A stretch of 64,000 nt of DNA from Bacteroidia bacterium (GCA_020846335.1 JADLED010000087.1:9032-73031), one strand, 5' to 3'. Shown: positions 38,294 to 47,422, numbered from the stretch's first letter. Notes: a model not told the origin generated them from the sequence alone. Program-made: numbers and translations.

Positions 38294-39091
38294 ATGATTA
38301 AAACGGCACTTTATAAGAACCAACCAGTAACTTTTTCAGATAAAGGAAAGGGCCGTGTGGTGGTGCTTTTGCACGGTTTTTTAGGATCGCAGGCCATTTG
38401 GAAACCGTTGAGCGACAACCTCTGCAAATCGTACCGGGTTATTGCCATAGATTTACCGGGGCACGGTGCCACACCATGTTTTGGCTATGCACACAGCATG
38501 GATTTAATGGCGCGCTGCGTAAAATCCGTTTTAGATTCGTTGCACCTTAAACGTTATGTTATTATTGGGCACAGCATGGGGGGCTACGTGGCACTGGCTT
38601 TTGCCGATTTGTTTCCCGAACATCTAAGAGGTTTTTGCCTTTATCACAGCACCGCCTACCCCGATAGCGAAGAAAAAAAACACGACCGGCTAAGGGCCAT
38701 TGAGGTGGTAAAGGCCAATAAAAACGTTTATACCCGCAACACCATCCGCAATTTATTTGCCGAAAGAAACCTCAAATACATGAAGGAGGAAGTGGCTTTT
38801 GCATACGACATTGCCCGAAAAACCAGCAAACAAGGCATAATTGCGGCACTACACGGCATGCGCGACCGCCCAAACCGCCATTTAATTCTGGGATTTGTGC
38901 GCTACCCCATTATGATGGTGATTGGCGAGCTTGACAATGTTTTGCCTTATGAACAATTGCTTGAGCAGGCTGAAATGATTGAAAATAAAACCATTTTGTA
39001 TTTGGAATACGATGGGCATTTTGGTTTTCTGGAATCGCCAAAAGTGAGTAACAGAGCCCTAAGAAGTTTTTTGAGAAAGAGTTTTAAATGA
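38294..39091 (+). CDS. Alpha/beta hydrolase
   Basis: LLHGFLGS, IDLPGHG, GHSMGG nucleophile, C-terminal GH; start moved to ATG 38294. Confidence 0.92.
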   Translation: MIKTALYKNQPVTFSDKGKGRVVVLLHGFLGSQAIWKPLSDNLCKSYRVIAIDLPGHGATPCFGYAHSMDLMARCVKSVLDSLHLKRYVIIGHSMGGYVALAFADLFPEHLRGFCLYHSTAYPDSEEKKHDRLRAIEVVKANKNVYTRNTIRNLFAERNLKYMKEEVAFAYDIARKTSKQGIIAALHGMRDRPNRHLILGFVRYPIMMVIGELDNVLPYEQLLEQAEMIENKTILYLEYDGHFGFLESPKVSNRALRSFLRKSFK

Positions 39092-39094
39092 TTG

Positions 39095-39180
39095 ATGGAA
39101 CGCTGAAAGCGCTGATAAAGCAAATTATTTAAGATTTTTATCCGCGTTAATCATAATTATCCGTATCATCTGCGCTCCAT
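39095..39180. repeat. Imperfect inverted element between convergent genes
   Basis: ATGGAACGCTGA (39095) versus reverse complement of TCTGCGCTCCAT (39169-39180) = ATGGAGCGCAGA; internal ATCCGCG/ATCCGT/ATCTGCG motifs. Confidence 0.5.
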
Positions 39181-40080
39181 AAAGAGATTTATCAAGTGTT
39201 CTAACTTAACATCGCTTTCCACCCAATGAATGTTGATACCCTCTTTTTCCATTTTCCGAAACCAGGTCATTTGTCGTTTTGAGAATTGAAAAATGGCGGT
39301 TTGTAGTTGTGTAAATAATTCTTCACGCGATATTTTTTGTTGCAAATAATGCGATACAAATTTGTACTCCAAACCCAGTGTTTCCAGTCGTTGGTGGGTG
39401 AGTCCTTTCTTCAGCAATTGTTGTACCTCCTCAATCAATCCATGTTCCAACCGTAATTTCAGTCGCTGAGTAATTTTAGCTTTTCGGTCTTCAGCACTTA
39501 CCTGCACTCCAATGTATAGTGGCTTGTAGGGTAAAGCTTCTGCCCTAGTCAATTCTGGATTTTTGCTTCGGTATTCGGCCACTTCAATGCCACGAATTAA
39601 GCGCTTTACCGAATTCAAATCTACGTGTGCTCTTAGTTGTTCAGGAAATTTTTGCAAGCGTTGAATGAGTTCTTCTTTCGGAAGAACCGAAAGTTCCTTG
39701 CGTAGGTCTTCATCTTCTTTTATCTGCGTGAAAGAAAAGTCTTTGGATAGCGCATCCAGATACAAGCCTGTTCCTCCGCAAATAATGGGAACATGTTGCC
39801 TGGCCCTTATCTGCCCAAAAGAAGTTTTTAATTCCGCCACAAACTGGTGCAAATAAAACTGCTCTTCGGGTTCGCAACAATTAATGAGGTGATATGGAAT
39901 TGACTTCCCGTTAACAACATATTCTTCCAAATCCTTGCCGGTGCCAATGTCCAGATGTTTGTACACCTGTCGCGAATCGGCACTGATGATTTCGCCGTTT
40001 ATTTGAGCCGCCAGCGCACAAGCCAGTTTGGTTTTGCCACTGGCCGTTGGGCCCAGAATAACTATGCAGTTGTATTTCAA
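39166..40080 (-). CDS. miaA: tRNA dimethylallyltransferase (GTGKDL-type)
   Basis: GPTASGKT, ISADSRQVY, GGTGLY, KRQMTWFR. Confidence 0.92.
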   Translation of the reverse strand: MKYNCIVILGPTASGKTKLACALAAQINGEIISADSRQVYKHLDIGTGKDLEEYVVNGKSIPYHLINCCEPEEQFYLHQFVAELKTSFGQIRARQHVPIICGGTGLYLDALSKDFSFTQIKEDEDLRKELSVLPKEELIQRLQKFPEQLRAHVDLNSVKRLIRGIEVAEYRSKNPELTRAEALPYKPLYIGVQVSAEDRKAKITQRLKLRLEHGLIEEVQQLLKKGLTHQRLETLGLEYKFVSHYLQQKISREELFTQLQTAIFQFSKRQMTWFRKMEKEGINIHWVESDVKLEHLINLFMERR

Positions 40081-40820
40081 ATTTCGGCGGGTGTGTAAAC
40101 CAGTTTAATGTTGCCACAATTGTGTGTAAGATAAAACTTTTTAGAGTCAACTATTTCCTCCGCGTTTTTTAAAGAAATACGTTGATACGTTATTTTATCC
40201 ACCAAAAAATAATTGGGTTCTTTCTCGCTGTGAAATTTGAATCCTGATTTTATAAAAGATGTTCCTTCCGAAAATTGTTTGTCCACATAGGTCATAATGT
40301 CACCCGCATTTTTATCAATACAAAAGTTTTTTACCAGTTTGGTTAAACCGCCGGTTACCGTTATGCCACTTTTACAACAAAAGCGAATCATTTCGTAAGA
40401 GCGTTGATCTTCGCGCAATCGGTTCATTTTACGACCTTTTGAAAAAGATGCCAACGCCACCAATTCGTTTTTATAATACAGGCCGGAATTAAATCCACTT
40501 TGTGTGGCACCCATTACATGGTACTTATTTAAAAACGCTTCGGCTTCAGGTCGCTCCACTTTTATTACCCGGCAATTGCGGGCAAAAACAGTGGCATTCA
40601 TCCCAAGTTTGGAACCAAGCATGGACAGTATCTTTTCGGGCATGGTATGCAGGTAATCCAGCGGAATTTGAATGCCCTTAAAACCTGACTCTAATTGAGG
40701 TGTTTGCACAATAAGGCATTCAATTGCCTTTTCACCGGCCCTGATTGTTGTCGTTTTGTTTAAGGCCAAACCCTGCATATTTTTGTGTAGCAAGTCTTTT
40801 TCAAATTCCTTAAAATTCAT
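40077..40820 (-). CDS. Hypothetical protein with Mom/Hef-C-terminal-like (GNAT-like) domain
   Basis: AFLNKYHVMG..GLYYKNELVALASF..YEMIRFC..GGLTKLV..TYVD..SGF pattern. Confidence 0.6.
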   Translation of the reverse strand: MNFKEFEKDLLHKNMQGLALNKTTTIRAGEKAIECLIVQTPQLESGFKGIQIPLDYLHTMPEKILSMLGSKLGMNATVFARNCRVIKVERPEAEAFLNKYHVMGATQSGFNSGLYYKNELVALASFSKGRKMNRLREDQRSYEMIRFCCKSGITVTGGLTKLVKNFCIDKNAGDIMTYVDKQFSEGTSFIKSGFKFHSEKEPNYFLVDKITYQRISLKNAEEIVDSKKFYLTHNCGNIKLVYTPAEI

Positions 40821-41760
40821 TGGTGGGTGGTTTTAAGGAGAAATTGATGTATTTTACATTATCATGCTTATCGAAGTCGATGAAGAGTTTGTATTTTTGG
40901 TAATAATATTTACAGCCCCAGTACTCTTGGTTAACTGACCCGTTATCTGCAGTTACGTCGTAAATAATTTCTCTTTTCTTATCAGGGTTTCCCAATACTT
41001 TCAGCCAATCTTTGCGGATACTTTTGAATAATAAATCTCCAACTATTTTTCCTTCAAATTCTTTTTCGATCATGATTGAAATGACCTGATTTTCCTTCGA
41101 AAAAACAAAATAAATGCCATCTTCTTCAAAATGAATGGTTCTAAAATCCTGCTCCACCAAATCCGGCACACTGTCGTTGCCTAATTCACCAAACACATTT
41201 TTAAGTTCTTGTGACTGATAGTCCTTACCTATCAAAGTATTCAGGTTTTTATACGTGAGATTAGCAGATTGATTCTTATAAAAATCGCTGAATTTGATAT
41301 ACCTTTTTTGAATCAATCCATTGGCTACATAGTTTGATTGGCCATTTATAATAATTACCCCTGGCCGGGTTCGCATGTTAGAAATACTTGTTACATATCG
41401 GTAATAACAGTAGCAAAATTTATAAAAATTCGCATCCGGTATGCTTTGTTTACTGCCGGGAAAACCTTGCACATATTGGCCGACCTCAATTTCCAGAGTA
41501 TCCAGATTTGACTTCAGCACCTTACCCTGATAACTTGCCCCGCATTGATTTTTGGCTGAAAAAATAAGTTTTAAGGTATCCTTATTCCAGAGCAATTCCT
41601 GTAGTTGTTCTTTAAAACAATTGTCGTTGCATTCGCCATACACTAATCGGGTAATTTGCGGCAGCTTATTTTTTTGCGAAAAAACAGCACCACTCAATAA
41701 AACAAAAAGGGAAACAAAGTACCTGACTTTATTTCCCCATTTATTTGATTGAAAGCACAT
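40810..41760 (-). CDS. Hypothetical exported two-domain protein
   Basis: 316-aa ORF; signal-like VRYFVSLFVLLSGAVFS-Q (real start probably about 11 codons in); Cys-containing N-domain. Confidence 0.7.
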   Translation of the reverse strand: MCFQSNKWGNKVRYFVSLFVLLSGAVFSQKNKLPQITRLVYGECNDNCFKEQLQELLWNKDTLKLIFSAKNQCGASYQGKVLKSNLDTLEIEVGQYVQGFPGSKQSIPDANFYKFCYCYYRYVTSISNMRTRPGVIIINGQSNYVANGLIQKRYIKFSDFYKNQSANLTYKNLNTLIGKDYQSQELKNVFGELGNDSVPDLVEQDFRTIHFEEDGIYFVFSKENQVISIMIEKEFEGKIVGDLLFKSIRKDWLKVLGNPDKKREIIYDVTADNGSVNQEYWGCKYYYQKYKLFIDFDKHDNVKYINFSLKPPTNEF

Positions 41761-41771
41761 GGCGTTTACAC

Positions 41772-42974
41772 CTATGCCGGTTGCAAGGCTTTATTTACAC
41801 AAGCCGAAATTTTATCGGCCAGCTCGGTCATTTTTTCTTCGGTCCAGTTGCAGTAAATTCCGAATGAAATTAAACGGCCAACAACGTTTTGTGTTTTTGG
41901 TAATTCTAAATTTTTATAATCCTGAGGAGCACCTATTACGTGAATGGCCAGTTTGCTCGCTGTTTTTAATTCTTTAATGTGATTCCACTGATTGATGAAA
42001 TGGTACATGTTGGTAAACCAATAATTAAATCCACCCACTCCGGCTTTGTTTAATTCATCCACTACCCGCTTGGCCATTTCTGGCTCATCCATTAAAATGT
42101 TTAAGAATGTTCCGGAGTCGCCATTATCATCTCCCAATTTAGCAAAACCAACACCCGGCAAATGAGCCAGTTTTTGTTGCATAAACTTTTTGTTGAGTAA
42201 ATTTTTGCGGCGTATTTCGGGTACTTTGCGCGTTTGTGCAGCACCTACAGCAGCATGCAATTCGCTAATGCGGTAATTGAAACCAATGATTGGGTGATTT
42301 TCCATGCCACGGTTGTTGCCAATGTGATCGTGACCATGGTCGCAAAAACTATCGGCCAGTTTGTAGGTAGCTTCGTCGTTGGTAACAAAAATTCCGCCTT
42401 CTCCGGCAGTGGCAATTTTAAAAAAGTCGAAAGAATAAGCTCCTGCTTTTCCAAACAAGCCGGTGTAAGTGCCTTTGTAAGAAGCAGAGAAAGCCTGGCC
42501 TGCGTCTTCCACTAAAATTAAATTGTGTTTGTTCACAAGGGCCATAATTTCGTCCATGTTGGCATTGCCGCCACACATGTGTACCAAACAAACCGCTTTG
42601 GTTTTAGTGGTGATGGCTTTTTCAATGCCTTCGGCACTCAGGCAAAGGGTTTCGTTTATTTCGGCAAATACCGGTAAGCCACCTAAAAACAAAATTGCTT
42701 CGATGGTGGCTATGTAGGTAAAGGGCGGACAAATAACTTCGTCGCCGGCGCCAATACCTGCAGCAGCCAAAGCCGCCATAATAGCAGCCGAACCGTTTGA
42801 AACGGCCAAAGCGTATTTGGCGTTGGTTATTTTTTTTGCTTCCGCTTCAAAATCTTTTGCTTTCCAAATGTTGTTGCGTTGGGCATCGTGGTTAAAACGA
42901 AACATGATGCCTGTTGATAAAACATCTTCAATTTCTTTGCGCTCTTCTGCGCCAAATAATTCGGTTCCTGGCAT
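41772..42974 (-). CDS. kdnA: DegT/DnrJ-family PLP aminotransferase, KdnA-like (8-amino-Kdo synthesis)
   Basis: MPGxELFG start, FR.N.D..RN..WK, SFDFFK PLP Lys, DHGHDHIG..RG.E.HPI.G.N.RISE, FYW/NYW..N..H...W: signatures I recall from Shewanella KdnA. Confidence 0.75.
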   Translation of the reverse strand: MPGTELFGAEERKEIEDVLSTGIMFRFNHDAQRNNIWKAKDFEAEAKKITNAKYALAVSNGSAAIMAALAAAGIGAGDEVICPPFTYIATIEAILFLGGLPVFAEINETLCLSAEGIEKAITTKTKAVCLVHMCGGNANMDEIMALVNKHNLILVEDAGQAFSASYKGTYTGLFGKAGAYSFDFFKIATAGEGGIFVTNDEATYKLADSFCDHGHDHIGNNRGMENHPIIGFNYRISELHAAVGAAQTRKVPEIRRKNLLNKKFMQQKLAHLPGVGFAKLGDDNGDSGTFLNILMDEPEMAKRVVDELNKAGVGGFNYWFTNMYHFINQWNHIKELKTASKLAIHVIGAPQDYKNLELPKTQNVVGRLISFGIYCNWTEEKMTELADKISACVNKALQPA

Positions 42975-43108
42975 GGTATAATTTTTAAAGGAATAAAGGT
43001 ACGTTTTTATTCAAAGTGGAACAATAAGGCCGTTTGTAACATTTTATTGTTTGCCACAATCCCTCTGCATCGAGGCTAAATAAACGTTTGTTTTTATACC
43101 TTTATCTA

Positions 43109-44362
43109 ATGAAGAAGTTGTTGCTGTTTTTGCCTTTGTACTTATTTTCTTTTACGCTGTTTTGTCAAGACACCACGCGCATTTTATTTATTGGCAACAG
43201 TTTCACTTATTTTAATAATATGCCTCAAATGGTAAAGGCTTTTGCCGATTCGACTAAAATTCCGGTTTCAATTGGCATGCATGCGCCGGGTGGTGTGTCG
43301 GTGGGCGACACGGCTCAGGGCACGACGGCTCACATGAACAATCCGGTGTTGTACGCGCTCATCCGTTCCAAAAAATGGGACGTGGCCGTTATTCAAGACA
43401 ATCAGGGACGTTTTGTGCGTGATTCGGCGCAGTTTCCGGGTTCGAGTAAGGTTGTTCAGGGTCATTTAAAACTTATGGATTCTATCCGACAAAATAATTC
43501 CTGTGCCAAAGTGCTTTTGTTTGCCGGTTGGGGTGTAAAAACAGGTTTGCCCCCTTATGGCAACACGGGCATTGAAATGATTCAACGCATTTTAAGAAAT
43601 TATGTGGTGATAAATGATACCATGAAGGAAATTATTTCACCGATTGGGGATGCCTGGATAAAAGGCATTAATTTTTTGCCTTCGGTGGATTTATGGAGCA
43701 GCGATCAAACGCATCCTTCTAACGAAGGCAGTTACCTTACGGCCGCGGTAATTTATTCAACTATTTTTAATCTGCCCTGCAAAAACCTGAATTACCAGGC
43801 GGGCATAAGCAGTCCAACTGCAAACATTCTCAGGGCTTTTGCAGATACGGTGGTTTTTAATCCGGCGCTAAGAATTAAGTACAATTTGGGCGGCATGGCA
43901 AAAATTACCTTATCAAATCAAACTAATTTACTCACCGTTCCGGGCAATCATATTAGTTACAAATGGTATAAAAACAATCAGTTGGTGGGCAACTCGTCCA
44001 GCCTCGCTTTGAGTGGATTGGGCCGGTATTACGCCTTGGTAAAAGAAAGTAACAACACCTTTATTAAAACCTGTGCTTATGATGCTTTATCGGTGGGGAT
44101 GAGTGAAACACTGAGAGAATCGGAAATTCAGGTTTATCCAAATCCGGTTAACCAGGCTTACTTTTTTCTGGAATTAAATTCTGATGAGAAAATTACAGAT
44201 TTGGTTTTAAGTGATGGTTCGGGAAAAGTGATGCCTTTGGCTTTTTACCAATCGGAAAACGCCCTAAGCTGCGATGTTAGTGCCTTGGAGAGTGGTTGTT
44301 ACCTTATGACAATAAATACCTCAAAAGGCCCTTTACGGAAGAAATTAGTTGTGCTTCGCTAA
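43109..44362 (+). CDS. T9SS-secreted SGNH/GDSL-like hydrolase
   Basis: ILFIGNSFT Ser motif, DQTHPS (DxxH), CTD VYPNPVN..GCYLMTI; start moved to ATG 43109. Confidence 0.85.
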   Translation: MKKLLLFLPLYLFSFTLFCQDTTRILFIGNSFTYFNNMPQMVKAFADSTKIPVSIGMHAPGGVSVGDTAQGTTAHMNNPVLYALIRSKKWDVAVIQDNQGRFVRDSAQFPGSSKVVQGHLKLMDSIRQNNSCAKVLLFAGWGVKTGLPPYGNTGIEMIQRILRNYVVINDTMKEIISPIGDAWIKGINFLPSVDLWSSDQTHPSNEGSYLTAAVIYSTIFNLPCKNLNYQAGISSPTANILRAFADTVVFNPALRIKYNLGGMAKITLSNQTNLLTVPGNHISYKWYKNNQLVGNSSSLALSGLGRYYALVKESNNTFIKTCAYDALSVGMSETLRESEIQVYPNPVNQAYFFLELNSDEKITDLVLSDGSGKVMPLAFYQSENALSCDVSALESGCYLMTINTSKGPLRKKLVVLR

Positions 44363-44376
44363 AGCATGGCTGCGAC

Positions 44377-44838
44377 TTAGTTTGGAAAGTATTTGAATTC
44401 CGGTTTTTCATCCAGAATACCAAAGTTAACAGATACCAGTTTGTGGTTTTCGAAATAACAATCGAGGCAGGCATCGTCGAAACTCACGCGTCTTTCGCCC
44501 CACTGATGAACTTCAGTGTCAGTTAAGGCATACCCGTTTTCCTTCATCAGGGCCACAATTTCCTTTTCTTTTAATGTAAATATTTTGGTATTAAACAGTA
44601 ATGTGTCTTTATTGTCTATTTCCACACTGCAAAAGGTGCTGTTTTTGTTCAGGTCGAAAAAAAGCGAGTAGCCTTGGTCCCAATAGTGATACACCAGCGA
44701 GTGATTGTTTAAAATTTCGTCGTCGATGTTTTGGGTTTCTTCGGGTTCGCCAAACAGCAGCACGGCATTTTCTTTACTGGCGCCAAAAGCAAGGCTGGAG
44801 AAACCTTTTAGTAATTTTATTTCGGGATGATTGGGCAT
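44377..44838 (-). CDS. Hypothetical protein
   Basis: Start moved to ATG 44838 (MPNHPEIK) because a TATATTAG -7-like box lies just upstream; internally duplicated alpha/beta pattern. Confidence 0.7.
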   Translation of the reverse strand: MPNHPEIKLLKGFSSLAFGASKENAVLLFGEPEETQNIDDEILNNHSLVYHYWDQGYSLFFDLNKNSTFCSVEIDNKDTLLFNTKIFTLKEKEIVALMKENGYALTDTEVHQWGERRVSFDDACLDCYFENHKLVSVNFGILDEKPEFKYFPN

Positions 44839-44907
44839 ATTTGGGCTAATATATAAATTGTTGGCTTCCTCGTAAAATTTGGGCAAAAAAATATTTCGAA
44901 AAAATAT

Positions 44908-44938
44908 TTTGTAGGTGAGCAAAAGACTGCTATATTTG
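44908..44938 (+). promoter_or_regulatory. Bacteroidota sigma-A promoter (-33 TTTG, 19 nt spacer, -7 TATATTTG) for tRNA-Lys
   Basis: TTTG 44908-44911 and TATATTTG 44931-44938. Confidence 0.75.
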
Positions 44939-45028
44939 CAGCCCCGAATTAAGGATTTATTTCTTTTTTTTGGGCCCGCACACGAAATGTTGCGTTTAGG
45001 CGTAACGGTTCCTGCGATAAAGAGTGAT

Positions 45029-45101
45029 GATTCCGTAGCTCAGCCGGTAGAGCATTACACTTTTAATGTAGGGGTCCTGGGTTCGAATCCCAGCGGGATC
45101 A
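45029..45101 (+). tRNA. trnK: tRNA-Lys (anticodon UUU)
   Basis: GATTCCG acceptor pairing with CGGGATC, D arm GCTCAGCCGGTAGAGC, anticodon loop CTTTTAA, T arm CTGGGTTCGAATCCCAG; CCA not encoded. Confidence 0.97.
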
Positions 45102-45110
45102 CTCAAATGC

Positions 45111-45142
45111 AAAAAAGCTCCTGTTTTTACAGGGGCTTTTTT
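45111..45142. terminator. Intrinsic terminator after tRNA-Lys (likely bidirectional)
   Basis: AAAAAAGCTCCTG-TTTTTA-CAGGGGCTTTTTT. Confidence 0.88.
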
Positions 45143-45231
45143 GTTTTATGTAATGTCTGTTATTCTTTTTAGAAAAGCAGCATGAATGTGCAGAGCTCAA
45201 AAGCCTGAGAGAGAAAAAAACCTAAGTAAAA

Positions 45232-46461
45232 TCAATTGAACGGAGAACGAAACACTTCCTTGGCAGTTTTAATGGCCACAGCATTGTATTTTTTTTCCAT
45301 ATAGGTGAGCACTTTATCCAAAACCTCCTTGCTTTGAGCATCAAGGGTATTGAGTTCTTTGGCAAACACTTCGTTCAATGCAAGTTCTTTAATCGCTTTT
45401 ACCTCTTTAGGAACATTGCCAAATGCCAGTTCGATGCGGCGCTCCTGATAAAGCAACGAAAACTGTTTTGATTTTGTGGAAATAATTTCTTCGCAAACAG
45501 CAATTTCGCCTTTTCTAAGTTCCAGATTGGCTTCTGCCTGTGCCTTTAGCGAATTGATATCGATGTAATGCGCCTGTTTATTAATAGCCACAGCCTCTTC
45601 CACATTGGCAGGCACGCCTAAATCAATAATTACCTTTTTAGTCGTTTCGTTGTTTAAAAGCGATTGGTAAACAGAAGTTGTAATAATGGCTTCCGAACTG
45701 GCAGTGCAAACCACCAACACATCAAATCCATTTTTAAATAAGCTTAACTCGTCAAGTGTAAAAGCCTTTCCGTTGAGTAGAGCCGCCAGTTTTTCGGCAT
45801 GTTCGCGTGTGCGGTTAAATACAGTAAAGTTTGCAAATTTATGTTTTTGAAAATAGCCTGCTAAAATGGTATTGGTTTGTCCGCTTCCAACAAATAAAAT
45901 GCGGGCATCGTCTTTAATGCCCAACTCGCGCAATTGCCTGTAGGCCAACGAGGCCACGGAAACCGGATTTTTTGCAATAGCCGTGTTGGTATAAACTTCT
46001 TTTGCCGTTTCAATGGTTTGGCGAAGCAACAAACGAATAAAATCACCTGTAAGTTTTAAGGCATGGCAGGCGTCGTAGGCTTTGCGCACCTGAGTAATAA
46101 TTTCGCGCTCGCCCACTACCAATGAATCCAGCGATGAAGCCACACGTAACACATGCTGCACGGCCAGATCGTTTTCATACAATTCGGCTCCTACTGCAAG
46201 AGTTGATAATTCTTCCGGCGTTAATTGCGGATTAAGTTCTTTTAAAACCGAAACAATAAAATCTGTGTTTGCAGGCACATTGTTACAAACAAACAGCTCC
46301 ACACGATTACAGGTACTTAAGAAAAGAAACTCCTGCAAATGCAACTTTGTTTTAAGAGACGGTAAAATTTCTGCCTGTTGAGTGGCATCCAAATGCAACT
46401 TTCCCAACTGCTCAAGTGGCAGATTTTTGTAGGTAAAAGCTATGACTTTAAATGCTTCCAA
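45232..46461 (-). CDS. hemA: Glutamyl-tRNA reductase
   Basis: LSTCNRVE, SSLDSLVVGEREI, PVSVAS, IDLGVPANVE; likely TTG start at 46461. Confidence 0.94.
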   Translation of the reverse strand: MEAFKVIAFTYKNLPLEQLGKLHLDATQQAEILPSLKTKLHLQEFLFLSTCNRVELFVCNNVPANTDFIVSVLKELNPQLTPEELSTLAVGAELYENDLAVQHVLRVASSLDSLVVGEREIITQVRKAYDACHALKLTGDFIRLLLRQTIETAKEVYTNTAIAKNPVSVASLAYRQLRELGIKDDARILFVGSGQTNTILAGYFQKHKFANFTVFNRTREHAEKLAALLNGKAFTLDELSLFKNGFDVLVVCTASSEAIITTSVYQSLLNNETTKKVIIDLGVPANVEEAVAINKQAHYIDINSLKAQAEANLELRKGEIAVCEEIISTKSKQFSLLYQERRIELAFGNVPKEVKAIKELALNEVFAKELNTLDAQSKEVLDKVLTYMEKKYNAVAIKTAKEVFRSPFN

Positions 46462-46550
46462 TTTATACCGCAAAGATGGTATAAGCTGACCTTTTAATTG
46501 TCATAACAATGTCATCTTAAAAAGGAAATAAAACTGACAATAATCAGAAT

Positions 46551-46985
46551 TTAGTCGTCGGCAGGCTCAGGAGCCTCGGTTGGCTTGGCCTTCTTGGCTT
46601 TTAATTTCTTTGGCCAAATCACATTAAACAGTTCGTTGTGAATGGTTAAGCGGCTGGAACTAATGCCGTTGGTAATGGCCACACCCTCGGTGGATTTGTC
46701 TTTCCAGGTGCGTTTTACCTCTTCGTAAGTACCATCACTCAATAAGATGTACATTTTCACCAATTTGCCTTGTCTTACTTCGGCTCTTCCGTTGTTGCAG
46801 GTGGCTTTAGCACCCTGGCGGTTGGTTATTATTACGTCATCATAAACACCATCGGCCACAGCATCTCCACCGCGTTCTTCAAATTTTGCTGCCCACTTGT
46901 TGTAGCAGTTCAATTCCACCGGTTTGTCCTGACCATAAAAATTAATGGTAAATAGTAAAGAAGAAAATAAAATTAGTTTTTTCAT
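46551..46985 (-). CDS. Hypothetical exported protein
   Basis: Signal peptide ..NFYG-Q; two Cys. Confidence 0.8.
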   Translation of the reverse strand: MKKLILFSSLLFTINFYGQDKPVELNCYNKWAAKFEERGGDAVADGVYDDVIITNRQGAKATCNNGRAEVRQGKLVKMYILLSDGTYEEVKRTWKDKSTEGVAITNGISSSRLTIHNELFNVIWPKKLKAKKAKPTEAPEPADD

Positions 46986-47422
46986 GTGTGTTTAAGTTGA
47001 AATCAAACCTACAAAAAAAATTAATTACCCAAAAATATAATAACAGGAACAAAATTAAATTAATCAACATGCCCTTTCAATCAAGTTTTGTACCCTCTCG
47101 TGTTTTCTATAATTTATAAAATAGGCAAAGGCAAAGCCGACCAATACGCACCAATTCACTTGTTACTCCGCTGGCTTTCGGCCATACTATAGTCTGCTTA
47201 CAAACCAAATTAAGACTGGTTTGGAGAGCCTGTGCGGTTTTGATTTGCTATTGATTTAAGATGAAGGACTGTCGTCAATACACCTACCGCAGCAAAAATT
47301 TTATGCTTTCACAACTACCAAATTTTACCAATTAGGCGCACACCTTAACAAATTAAAATCAAAGCTAGGTCTTTCATTAAATTTTGGTTGAACACTTAAT
47401 TAAAATTTACTAATTTGCAGGC

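Noticed and set aside
45029-45230. tRNA-anchored genomic island
   Set aside because: The tRNA is followed by a terminator and hemA; no integrase and no duplicated tRNA 3' end in the window
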